Part shown: positions 25,860-38,816 of the stretch, one piece after another
How positions within the stretch are numbered: position 1 is the first letter of the stretch
Layout: every line of letters begins with the position of its first letter
Assembly (NCBI RefSeq): GCF_009914755.1
Contig: NC_060942.1
Reading direction: 5' to 3' (one strand)
Length of the DNA stretch: 64,000 bases
Origin: the human T2T-CHM13v2.0 reference genome, Homo sapiens
Translations under genes and position numbers: made by a program
The notes under the pieces: generated by a model
The model's database searches: none
Told to the model about the DNA's origin: nothing
What the model saw: only the letters and a program-made list of their open reading frames with translations

Positions 25860-26090
25860 GGCAGAGAAAGAGCAGCTGAAACACGTGACACGTGACAGGG
25901 TGTGAATAGCTGCGCCGCGCCGGCACTGAGTCTGTGGCTGATTTACTGAGGGGGTTTCCTTCGCTGACGGTCTGAAGGCGGGAGCTGCTGTCCACCATGA
26001 TAATAAGCCTGCATGTCCTGGAAATGCTCCGAATGCCTGCCTTTTGAAAACTGGAGGGACTCAAGAGCCTTTGGCTTATCAGAAGTAAAG
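25860..26090. promoter_or_regulatory. Candidate enhancer/promoter: CpG-retaining patch with tandem E-boxes and a kappaB-like site
   Basis: CACGTG at 25882-25887 and 25889-25894, CAGCTG at 25873-25878, gcgccgcgccgg, GGGGGTTTCC at 25950-25959, TGACG half-CRE, GATA sites. Confidence 0.45.
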
Positions 26091-27817
26091 TAAATAAAAG
26101 GAATACGCAGAGAGATCCTTATTGCCTAAAACCCACTGACTCCCATGAAAGTTTCTGATAAGGCTTTTAAGAATATCGTCTTATTCTAACGTTCAAAGCA
26201 GCTTTGATGGTAAGGCTCTGAACTCGCCAGCCCTAGGCCCAGCCTGGCACATGGGCCACAGGGGCGGGGCATGTGTCCCTGCAGGGACAGGGAGGGCCCA
26301 GCCTACAGCTCTCTCCCACCAGCTTGGTGCCTGCAAGCCCACCATTCTCTCTCCATGCCATTGTGCTGAGCACAGAAGTCCTGAGCGGATCACAAGCCCA
26401 GTCTGTTCTTCCTGCCAAATGGTTCAATCGGAGCCAATTCCTTCCTCTATTCTCAGAGATTCAGGGCAACCCGAGAGAATAGGACCCTAAGAGGATTAAA
26501 CACCCAGGGCGGAGAGATGGTGATGCCGAAAACAAGCAGAGGAGAGGAAAATTGTACTGGGGATTCACCTATTGTGAAGGCTGCAGGCTTTTGTTACTTT
26601 GTCTCATCGCCAACTCTAGTGGCAAACTAGGAAAATTGAAGGTGCCGAGTTTTAACTCTAGTTGTTAAATTGTACAGGGTTCCCGGAATCTCCTAACTTC
26701 TCCTGTTGCTCACAAATGTGGTAACTAGAAAAAACAGTTTAAAAACTTGGCATCCTTCAAAAGTATCTTAAAATAGATTTATATTTGTAGGTACGATCAA
26801 TTTTCAAATGGCCCTTTTTAAGCCTGGAAACAAAGTTAAACTCCACAATATTGCAAAATTAGAATCTGCAATTGAACTAAAACTTTATACATGGGATTTG
26901 CGGTCTTTCTACATCTCTGGTTCAGAAATGAATTTGGAATTCAAGACAATTTGTCATCTCTTAAGGAAAAATGAACTGGGAAACAAAAGCGGACTGAATT
27001 TGTATTGATATTAACCCAGTCTTGCGGGTGTTGTTGCTGTGTTATTTCACCCCAGTCTTCACATCTGCAAGCACTCACTCTCATCTGTCAATTACGCAAC
27101 TGCAATTTTGATCAAAATGAAACACTCCGCACTGAGATAAAAACAGGGCGTGGTATTCTTTTTTGGACTAGGAGATTTGGATAAAACGTGATAACACCGT
27201 GGTTGAACTCTGCAAACACTCCCGATCATTCACACAATTTCGGCTTCACTCTGTGGTTTGGATGCAGATTGTGGAAATCACAGCCTGGACCCGGAGAACT
27301 TGTCGCAGCAGCAGCAGGGTTTCCGGACCCAGCATCTCCCTTCCCTTTGCTCTCCTGACAGCTGCCTGCATCTGGAAAACATTAAATAACCTCATCCTTT
27401 ATGTGGATTCATTATGCTCTTCAAATTCATTATCAATTATCAACTGACTGTGAAGAATGTTTGAAATCAAAATGAAGAGGAAGTAATTAATGATGAAGAG
27501 TAGGATCTAGAAGGAAAGGTGAGCCCTCCTGGGGTTAGGACACGGAGCTGAATGCTGCAGCCACTGCGTGTTTCCTTAAATTCAATGGCATTTGCAATAC
27601 TTTTTAAATAAGTGGAAGATAAGAAATTTGGCTCCATTGTATGTAAGAAGTAAAGCCAAGTCTCAGTGGTATATCTTCAATGGCACTGGAAGGTTTACAT
27701 GGAAAAGCCAGACTTTTGGAGTATTGCTATCTGTAAAGGGAAAATATAAACAACCAGAACAACCTATCTGAGAATGGAACTCCCAAAGCAGTATGACTTA
27801 GATCAAATGATTTTTAA

Positions 27818-27923
27818 GGGGTTTCAGCCCTTAAATCAAATGATTTATACAAGGGAGGGGGTTCCATCATCCAGGGGACTCCCTCCTGCCTTATAAATCA
27901 TGTGATCTAAGGGCTGAGACCCC
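27818..27923. repeat. Imperfect palindrome / foldback hairpin
   Basis: 27818-27849 matches the reverse complement of 27892-27923 at 29/32 positions; the inner gggaggggg/ccctcc segments also pair. Confidence 0.9.
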
Positions 27924-29699
27924 ATTGTGAACAGAGAAGGCCTGCCTTCGAATCTGCCACCAACTGGGGATGGGAAGCAACCTTTGGCAAGATAGTTATT
28001 CTCTTTGTGAATCCAAAGCTGGTTTTTGGAAACCTGAGCCTCAGAAATTGGCGCTTAGAATGTGTAGTCCTACATTGGGCAACGAGACTATTTCTGTGCT
28101 GGGAGTATAGCCCCCTCTTCCCATATCACCCATTTACCTGCCTCGCATCCCATCAGCTGGGCGGGAGGGCAAGGCCAAAGGGCTTCCATCCTTCACTGTG
28201 AGGAATGCAAGTTCCCTACACGAGAGGGAGAGAGAGCTCATTATCAAGAGGTCTTTCCTCCCCAGGCAGCTTCAGAGAACCATCTGTTGATGTGGCCAGG
28301 AAATGCTGGCTGAGATCCCAACAAAGGAGCCGAGAAGTCCTGGCCAATGTCTGGCACCTGTGTAAATGTCTGTCACAGCAAGAGTGACCCCCATAATTAC
28401 CTCGACCTTATTCAAGCGAGAAGTGCCCGTCAGCCTGAGCCCGGTTTGAGAGGCACGCCTGCTGCTCCGTCCCTCCCCCGTGAGCGCGCCAGCTGAATCT
28501 CCAGCTCAGCAGCAGCCCCAAAGCCCCCATCATCAGAATTTCACCTCCTCCAGCAGCAGGAGACCTCCTCCAAGTTGGGGGAGGCGCCCCACACAGTCCT
28601 GACATCAAGGGCTTTCCGTAGAAACACCCCAGCTGGGGGCTTTCTTTTGACTCACAGCACTTTCAGCCAGGATGTTCATGAGCCTGGGGTCCATTGTTTG
28701 TGAAGTCAACTGGATTCCAAGTTTAAACATGCAGAGGAAAGGAGGAGTTCCTCAAGCACCTCTGAACTCCAGCAGCTCTGGAATATTCCCATTTCAACAT
28801 TCCCACCTGCGCTCCGTCCTCCCTCCTGCCTCTTCCATCATAGGGGATGAGATGTGTCCTTTTCAAAGGGTGTGAGGAACAACTGTTATGCACAGAACTA
28901 AGGTTAGAAAACACCTTGTAAGTCAACTGATTAACAAGCACATGGTAAGTGCTCACAAAATACAAATAATACCAATATTACCTCTCATATTTCAGCTTTC
29001 TTGTAGCCTAAAGTCCAAAACTCTGTTTTGTGGAACAGGATAGCATGGCCTATTTAAAGATAAAGTGCATTGTGCCCTTCAGATTGATATGGATATTTAA
29101 AACTCCATCATGCAATTTAAATAAGCTTGGAAAGACATGAATTCAAAAAGTAAAATTGTCACCTATAGAAGTGCATACTAACAATATTACTAACAGTAAA
29201 GGAAATGTGATTAAGCATATCTAAGTATCATTACAAACCTAATAAAAAATAAAAAATATAAGAGCCAGTTTCACTGGGATTATGAGTAAGCCATTCAATA
29301 TTATGTGGCAATGTGAATTGGTTCAATATTTCTGGTGCCATAAGCTCACTGCTCAGATTTACAGCTCATCATCCCGAATACCTTCAACAAAAAGCTAATC
29401 TACAAAAAAAATTAAATGTCTTGTGCAAAGATAGAGGAAAACGGAGATCAACTTAAATGTCCCCCAAATTATTTGCCTGAAGGTAATGTTTTAGAGTTTT
29501 CAGAGTGGTGAGAGAATGAAAGTTTAAGAATCAGGACGTGGTTAGATGATGGTATGTCTGAGTAAAATAATGAACTGAATCAGGGGAGATGTCTATTTGT
29601 GAAGGAAGCTGTGCCTATCCACACCAGACCTCTCAGATAATGTCTAAGTCTCCAATGCCCAAAGTAGGAAGGACTCACCCACCTAGAAGGAGAATCCAG

Positions 29700-29950
29700 G
29701 CAGTGCCAGGTAGTGTGGTGTGGCGGTTAAGGGCATGGGAGCCAGGATACCTGCCTTTGAATGTGGCCTTCACTTCTTTGCTGTGTGACCATGGGAAGGA
29801 ACTCAGCTTCTTTGTACCTAGGTTTTTCTCATCTGAGAAACAGGAATAATAATAGTCCATATCTTCTAATGTCCTGTGAGGATTAAATGAGTTAACCTTG
29901 GTGAAGGTCCTAAAAAATTGCCAATCTTATACCATGTGCTTGTTAGAAAT
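29700..29950 (+). mobile_element. MIR SINE
   Basis: 'gtggcggttaagggcatgg...gctgtgtgaccatgggaag...tttctcatctg...gtgaggattaaatgagttaa'. Confidence 0.8.
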
Positions 29951-31350
29951 GTTTATGTAATAAATAAGCAATATTAAGGTACACAAACTGTATCTTTTCT
30001 AATTCTCCCCTAGCTGGAGCGGGAGGACAAGGGTGTACCCTAGGAGCCAGCGATAGAACAGAAAGTTTATTGCCCCAGATTGAAGAAGACATCTAAGTCA
30101 ATGGGGGGAAACACCACTAACAGCTGAGGTGATGGCTGATGAGTGGAGGGATTTTAAGTGGACGGAAGGAGTATGGAATGTCAGGGTCAGGAGCAATGAG
30201 GATCATCAGGGCAGTGCTGCCTCAGACTCTGGGGTCTGTTCATTGTCTTATGTCAGCTCCTTGGGATGAGTGGCTGAGCTGTGCCCAAGGCTGGGCAGAC
30301 AGGTCCAGGGATAAAGAAGGGTTCAAATCTGATGAAGATAGGCAGTGGTGAGTGCCAGGCCATAATGAGACTTGTCATCTCAGCCACGAGGATCTGGAGA
30401 GGCTGGCTGAATTTATCCAACATGCTGGATGAAAGAGGCTGCCCACCAGCGAGCGGGAGGCTAAGACTGTACCTGAATGGAAGAGCGCATGCTTCCACCC
30501 TGCAGGAGGACTCTCCGAGGGGCTAGGAGCATCTTTGTTCTAAGGCGAGCCCCCAGAATCTCTCAGCAGTAGTGGCAGCTATGGAAACACATGCAACGCT
30601 GCCCTGATACAGCCTAGCTGCAGTTGTTGGGCTTAAATTATTCTGGGCCTATTTGATGTATTTGCAAGCTTCTGAGAGACAGGAGAGTTTGCAGACCTCT
30701 TACCACTTCACGAGGCTTGAGATACATTACATCCACACTGGATTTGACATTCACAGCTATAAATTGGGTATTTACTGCTCAGGAAAAGGGAGCTCAGAGC
30801 TGTTAAGTTACCAGCTTAAAAAGCTAGCAATTGTTAAGAAGCAGATCCCATACTTGACTCCAAATTTTATGATGCAGAATCCGTGTTCTTTAGTCACACT
30901 TCAGTGGATTGCAATGAGACATGGAATGGCTTATGAACATGAAATAGCATCACTTAAAGAAGCACAATTAAAATATAGGATGTAGCATAGAAAAATACAT
31001 GGCTCGGCAATGATAAAAGTAAGAAGTAAAACGGAACTGATGAAAGGAGAGTTCAGTGATTATTTGCCCTTAGTTCCTATTAAATGTACATATGTTCATC
31101 TTAAATAAATGTTTGCATGGAAACTTTGACCTTGTGGACATGAGTTTAAAAATGGTTCTGCTATTACTGATTAGTTTAACTGGTTTTTCTTGTTTTCTAT
31201 TTTACATTTCTCATATTCCATGGGAATATTAAATTGGAATTGATGTGTCATTTGCAAAATTTCTTCTCTATTGTTGGAGAACTCAAGTCATCCAAGGTAT
31301 TTATACCTCATGCAGGTAAATTTTTTTCCAAAAAAGAAGGTAATTAAATT

Positions 31351-31497
31351 GCTGAGCATGTTGAGTCCTGCATATAATCCCAGTGCTTTGGAAGGCTGAG
31401 GCAAGAAGATCACTTCAGGTCAGCAGTTTGAGACCAGCCTGGGCCACATAGTGAGAACCCCCATCTCTACAAAATAATTTAAAAATTAAAAAAAGAA
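31351..31497 (+). mobile_element. FLAM / Alu left monomer
   Basis: Single Alu arm followed by an A-rich tail. Confidence 0.85.
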
Positions 31498-31659
31498 AAT
31501 AGTTTAATATGCATCTTGCCAAGGAGCATCTTTACTCACTGGAACTGTCACTTTCACCCAAAAAATAGTACCCCTTTAGGGAACTCAAAGTAACTATCTG
31601 TTTATGAGGCTGAGATTTTTTCCCCTTTGTATAGTTATTTATCACTATACAAACAAAGT

Positions 31660-31980
31660 GCATTATAGTAACAAAGTACCATAAAGTTAGTGGCATAAAA
31701 CAAAACCCATGTATGAGCTCACATTTCTGCCAACCAGCAGTCTGGATGGCTTAGCTGGATCCTCTGCTCAGGGTCCCCCGAAGGTGCAGTCAGGTATTAG
31801 TCATGCCACGGATCTCATTTGTAGGTTATGGTAGTCTCTCAAGTTCAATAAGTTGATGGTAGAATTCAGCTGTTTGTGGTTATAAGGGGTCTGGGGTCTC
31901 TGCTTTCTTGCTAACTGTTGGCCGGACACCATCGACAGCTCCTGACCACGTGGCCCAGAGGTCGTCACAATGACTCGGTT
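31660..31980 (-). mobile_element. MLT1-type MaLR LTR fragment
   Basis: 'gtaacaaagtaccataaagttagtggcataaaacaa...ggcttagctggatcctctgctcagggtc'. Confidence 0.7.
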
Positions 31981-33559
31981 CTTGAAAGAGGCACCATTTT
32001 TTTTTTTTCTCCAGTAGTTATTCTCCCAGGGAATGAAGAGTATGTGGGGAGGACGTTGATATCACATGACCTTACACTTTTGCTTGCTCTCCACTGAACT
32101 CAGAGGTGGATAGGGGAGCTTAGGCAGAAGGCAAGACATCTTTTACACCCCTCTGACCTCCTGGGCCCCAAGAGACTAGAGAAGTTTCAGAAGAGTTGAA
32201 GGAATTCAACTGTGGGTGGGAAGTTGCCTTTATGGGAGGACAGCAGAAGAAACAGATAAGTGTGTTTTCCAGAAACCCATACTCTTTGGAGAACAATGTT
32301 CTCAGATGTTGAGGAGAGTCCCTGGCCAGCCCCACTATGAGCTGTGCTGCAGCTCCTGGGCTGGTGTCGAGGGTTGCAGAAGCCATCCCAGTGGTGAAAG
32401 CCAACTGAGTCCAGCTGGTCTGATGTCCCTGTAAACCAACGGGGAGGCCATAGTGTGAGCATGGCAGTTTTGACCCGCATGTCACTGTGCTGACATTGAG
32501 ACTGCTGCTCTAAGGACCATCTGGAGAGTGAAAGGCACCTCTCCCCCCATGGATCATTCCAGTATCCTCTTATCCTAGAACCACTCGCCTTGCTCAGATC
32601 CCAGGTACATCCGAGAACTGTACCGTGTCTGAGCTGAGAGAGAGCTTGAAGGTCATATGCAGTCCTCAGGCCTCACGGTGCAGATAGTGGAGCCAAGAAC
32701 AGAGAACAGGAGTGCCTGCCCTGGTCAGCTTGTCTTAGTTCTCAGCTGAAACTTATGTTAAACAAAACAAGTAGCTGATCGAGATTAAGAATGATCCAGG
32801 TGACTGTTTTAATCCGTGCAAAAAAGAAACCAACACTCCTAGTGAATGAGCCCTGCCAGCTCATGGAAACCTTCTCCCACTTGTTCACACTTTAGTCACT
32901 ACCCATCTGAACAATAAATCCACTGCCTGTGATGTGCTCAATGGATCGTCCTTACAGCATTTCCAGCAAGACCACACCTCCTGTTGCTGTCTGCTTTCAG
33001 ATGGCCTGAAAGGCCCACTGTCATATGGTCAACAAATCCAGCCCTCTGCCAGGGAGAGGCCCCTCCTACTGCCCAGGAGGTCTTTGCGGCATGAGAATAA
33101 TGCACTGGAGAGTGCTTCCTTTTGGCTGGTTCTGCATTCTCACACTGCCTGCAATGAGATCATTTTGGTGCTCCACAATGGGTGTTGCATGTGGGAGCCC
33201 TGCGAATCAAAGGGAAAGCAATCACAGGAAGATCTGTCAATCACACAGCACCTGCTATGTGCAAGGTGCTGCTCTAAGCACACTGCATATGTTGGCTTAT
33301 TACTTCCCAAGGTAATACTACAGATGAGAGGCATAACCTGTCCACCCAGCCATGGCAGAGCCATGTGACACCGAAGGGCCAGGGGATCAGTGCCTCTCTC
33401 TATAGCCTTTCCATTGCTAAAATGGGCAGGGAAAGGAGCTATTATTTGTTGTTTACTCTATGTGGATGGTGTTAGATGTGTGATTTTCATTCAGTCTTAT
33501 CACCTTAGGGGGAGAGATTTTTCCTACCAGCTCACACACAGCCACACCCTACCCACACC

Positions 33560-33880
33560 TATGTCTGTCCCTGCTGTTCTGTTCTCATCACACTGATCAC
33601 TGTGCAGTGGGTATTTCACTTCATTCTTTATTCTTTCTTCCCACCTAGAAGGCAAACTGCAGGACTTATTTACCCCTTTTTTTCCAACTCTTGGGTGGAA
33701 CATGGTCTCTAGAACATGGCATGTAGTTGGTGATCAATAAGAAATCGTCAAAAACATATGTGTTTTGCAGATGAGAAAACATGCTCAGAGTCATTGTCTA
33801 ATGTGCCTGTGGTCACAGAGGTGGTCAGTCACAAACCTGGAATTTGAACTCTGGGTGTTCTCACCTGGAGCCACTTTTTT
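33560..33880. mobile_element. L2 3' end followed by MIR fragment
   Basis: 'ctagaaggcaaactgcagg...catggcatgtagttggtgatcaataa'; 'cagatgagaaaac...ggtcacag...gaatttgaactc'. Confidence 0.55.
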
Positions 33881-34068
33881 TTTTCCACCATTCTAATTAT
33901 TGGAAAACACTTCATTTCTATTGAGTGGAAACTTTCCTTCGATATTTCCATTTGTCAGCGTAGTTACCATTTAGAGTGATACAAAATCAGTCTCATCCCC
34001 TTTCTCCCTACCAGTTTTCCACATTTGCAGTTATTGTTCCCTCTCATACAAGCCAGGTCCTAACATAA

Positions 34069-34437
<369 letters not shown>

Positions 34438-34451
34438 TAAAAGGATGATGT

Positions 34452-34763
34452 GGGTGGGCATGCTGGCTCATGACTGTAATCCTAGCACTTTGGGAGGCTG
34501 AGGCAAGAGGATCACTTCAGTCCAGGAGTTTAAGGCCAGCCTGGGCAGCAGAGTGAGATCCCAACTCTACAAAAATTTAAAAATTAGCTGGGCATGATGG
34601 TGTGTGCCTGTAGTCCCAGCTACTCAGGGGGCTGAGTTGGGAGGATTGCTTGGGCCAGGGAGGTCAATGCTGCAGTGAGCGATGGTTATGCCACTGCACT
34701 CTAGCTTGGGTGACAGAGCAAGACCTTATCTCAAAATAATAATAATAAAATATATAAATAAAA
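34452..34763 (+). mobile_element. AluJ-like
   Basis: J-type diagnostics (ggaggattgcttg, gaggtcaatgctgcagtgagc); AAT-rich tail. Confidence 0.92.
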
Positions 34764-36401
34764 GCACCGTGCAAATCTCATCTTACAGAAGCATGGACGT
34801 TGAAGAAGAGCAAGCTGAATAGAAGCTCCAGGTGTCTTGCTCCAGGGGCCACTAGCAACTTCTCTCATTACAACTCCAACAATGCCCCATCTATGGGCTC
34901 CAACAATGCCCCATCTGAGCAGTAGTGCCTCAATAACCATCAGCCCATCTCTTCTCTATCTCACCAACTGACAGGGTGGATACAAAGCCTCAAGCTGTGT
35001 CCACACATTCCCCACAAAAAGTGTTACATGGGCAGAGAGGAAAAGCCATTGGCAGCTGGGCCTTCCCATTTGTGAGCAGAGTCTGCCAGCCTCCTCCAGC
35101 TCCTCTGCAGGCTGAAGTCAAGACCCAACAGGCCTGTGCCAACGTCGTGTCCTCTCTGTGTTCAGGCTTGGCGGTATCGCATTCCTGGCATAATTTTCCA
35201 TCCTTGTGCCTGCAAGGCATTACTGTGTGGGAACGGCACCCTTGCCTAATGATCTTGGCCAAATCCAGTATCTCTCATTCACATGGGTGCCCCCTTGCCC
35301 CCAGGATAGCATAAAAGGTGGCAGTTGAAGCTGAGTAAACAAAAATAGAAGATGGAAAACGTTTCGGTCCGGTCCCAACCTCGGGAAATCCTGCATCACG
35401 TTTGCTGTTCTGATCTAGAAGAAAGGTTGACAAATCTTTCCTTAGCTTTTCTCAGCTTATCTTTTTCTTAGCTTTTCTTAGCTTATCTCAGGATGGTGGT
35501 GTTAGGTTTTGCTGATGATGGGATCCCAACTTAAATCTTCTACAAATCTTAAGGCAAAGTGAAAACGCTTGTGAAAATGCATGGTATTCCTTAGTTCAGA
35601 ACTTCCTGTCCATCCTCAAATCACCAGCCTTCTGCAGAGAATCACACAGTGGGTGTGATTCTGCCACCAGTCAGCTGCCACCAACGATGACTGGCCACAA
35701 CAAAGCTGAATGACATGGGGCATATCACACCAAAGGACCTCTCTTTTGATGCTAGTATTTATCTTTGAGCCTTGCCTCTTTTAGAGGTGGCCTACATGAC
35801 TTTAGTCAGTTCTGGCCCTTAGAGATCTTTCTTATGGAAATCTCCAGAACATTCTGCACACCATCATGCCTCATGGAATTGTGGCCTGGCAGACATTAAA
35901 ATACCCGTTTTTCAAATAGAGGAAGTGGGTTCTTTGAAATGAACAGAATTCAGAAGCACTCTGCAGCATCTTGGAAATGGTGGCAAAGCAATTATTTTAA
36001 GTACAAGAGGCTGTTTTGATCTTGGGAATTACCTGTGAAGGCCCCGTCACAGGCTCTGCTGGCCAGTGGCAGCTGTGCACGGATGATTAACTGCTGCAGG
36101 CCTGTGTGAGCTTCTGCATGGCTGGAGCAGCACTGTGTCCTACAGCAGGTATCTCCTGGTGGTAGAAGTGGTGCCCTTCCCTTGGTTAAGCAGAGTGTGG
36201 ACTGGCCAGTCTCAAGCTTCCCTCAAAAGTTCTTCCATCACCAGATACCTGGGTTTCTCCTAAGGCAAGGGATGCTGACTTTCCATCACAAAACGGAGCA
36301 CTGCGGAAGCTGGGGAGCAGAATCTCAATGATGCCCACAGGGGGCAGGCAGAATGCCACCACTCGGCCAAGAAGGCGTGTTTGGCTACGACAGCCCAGAG
36401 T

Positions 36402-36599
36402 CCAGAGCCACGGCACTTCCGGTTGCTGTCCACGCGGCTTCTGCTGGTACTCAGCCACCACGCCCACCAGAGCCACCGCACTTCCGGTTGCTGTCCAGGC
36501 GGCTTCTGCTGGTACTCGCCCACCACGCCCACCAGAGCCACCGCACTTCCGGTTGCTGTCCACGCGGCTTCTGCTGGTACTCGCCCACCACGCCCACCA
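36402..36599. repeat. 65-bp minisatellite x3, CpG-rich
   Basis: Units start at 36402, 36467 and 36532: ccagagccaccgcacttccggttgctgtccacgcggcttctgctggtactcgcccaccacgccca. Confidence 0.97.
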
Positions 36600-37003
36600 C
36601 GTGGAGTCTAGCAGCTCTCCCTGGTTCTCCCCAGCTTCTCTGTAATCCTTCCTCCACCTGGCAGCCGGAGGCATTCACTTAACATTTAGTGTATCATGCC
36701 CTTCCCTTGCTTGCCCTGTAAAGGCTTCCTCACATCCCTCATAGAATTCAAACTCCTCACCCCGAGGCTCAGCCCTCCACCTGTGGCCCTGCCTCGTCTC
36801 CATGCCACTTTGAAGCTCACAGGTGACCTTGCTTTTCCTTCAAGTTGCCAGCATTCCCTCATCATAGAGCCTTAACTCGCTGCTCCTTGCCCTGCAAGTC
36901 TTGTTCCCTGATTTAACCAACACGAATAGGGCAAGGGATTTTTGGCATCCAACTCATCTTCCCTGATCATCGTGTAGCTGCTCTCTTTGCTTTTCAAATC
37001 TCA

Positions 37004-37438
<435 letters not shown>

Positions 37439-38589
37439 TCATCTGTTCTTGTCTCTCCCAGGAAAGCAGGCCTCTGTTGTATCCTTCGTGTATAGGACTG
37501 TACTGGGGGCATGAACACAATCACTCTTTTTTGAAGAATGAATGAATATATAGAACACTATGGCCCCTTCTCCCCAGACTTCACTGCACCTGACACTCTC
37601 AACACAGGCACAATTATTTATTTGCAAACTTGTAGGAATGTGAAATCTGCATGTTGGTGCTCTCCTGGCCCCACACAGGAACTTAGCTTTCAAATGCAGG
37701 TGTATGACGTAAATGTCTATTTAACCGAGAAGTGGAAAATATGTTCTGAAGGCACAATCATAAGGACAGTGTTTTTGCCTTCGGATCTTAACACCCAGCA
37801 TTCTATTCCTTAGGTGTCCTGCTGAATACCCAATTCCTTTGACATTTAAAAATAAAGAATGCTTCCCCAACAGAAATATATCCCATTCCCTATGTTACTG
37901 TGCAGATTTGGGGACCCAAAAGTTACTTTGCTTCTGTATATTGATAACTAAGGAAAAAGTAGGTTTCAGATCTTAAACTATCATGAGAAATATAATCAGA
38001 ATCGAGACAGAGCCTGACTTGTGATTTGCAGTTCCCGTCTCAACAATTGCTTCAGCTGCTTAGCTTGACACTGAATTTTTTATTACCTTGGTGGAGGTGG
38101 GGGGAGATGAAAAGGGAGAATTTCATGAGCTCCAGTGTCCTCTTTTGCATCCTTTGAAATTCAAATCATGTTCAGCAATGAGCAATTCATAGACAGGGTG
38201 TAATTGCCGATACAGCATATAAGATGTCCTTTCCTCACCAAAACGCGATCAGTCTACACACTGACCCGAAGACCACGCAGAGGAGCGGCACTCCTGACAG
38301 ACACAGCCTCAGCCGGGCAGTGTGTTATAACTGTAAAGAGCCTTGTGCCCCAGAGGCCTAATTACATGGCAAAATGCTGTGTTTTCTCACATAGTTCTCA
38401 AAGACAACCACCTGCTCATTGTGGGGAGATTTAAGGTCTTAAACACCGAGGAAAGGCATTTCATGAAAAGGTTACCCCCAAAGAGAAATCCAAGGTCAAA
38501 GTTAGATGGCTAGATACACACTGGAATTAATATACTCATTAGTTCTTAATACAGGGGATGCCTAGAATTCAAAGGGGGCTGTCTTACAC

Positions 38590-38816
38590 CAGGGGCATCC
38601 AATCTTTTGGCTTCCCTGGGCCACATTGGAAGATGAATTGTCTTGGGCCACACATAAAATACACTAACTCTAATGATAGCTGATGAGCTAAAAAAAAAAA
38701 TTCCAAAAGAATCTCATGTTTTAATGTTTTAAGAAAGTTTACGAATTTGTGTTGGGCTAAATTCAAAGCCCTCCTGGGCCTCATGTAGCCCATGGTCTGC
38801 GGGTTGGACAAGCTTC
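38590..38816 (+). mobile_element. MER30 (hAT-Charlie MITE)
   Basis: 'caggggcatccaatcttttggcttccctgggccacattggaag...gggttggacaagctt'. Confidence 0.9.

Noticed and set aside
34873-34917. 24-bp tandem doublet (ctccaacaatgccccatct), and similar short doublets near 35440, 39590, 60300, 60485 and 62805
   Set aside because: Ordinary slippage duplications with no further structure.
36402-36599. CRISPR-like periodicity
   Set aside because: Units are repeated in full with no unique spacers, and the context is primate DNA with no cas genes.
36186-36682. Overlapping ORFs of up to 162 aa with repeated peptides
   Set aside because: They arise from the 65-bp GC-rich tandem repeat; the period is not a multiple of 3 and several frames on both strands are open.
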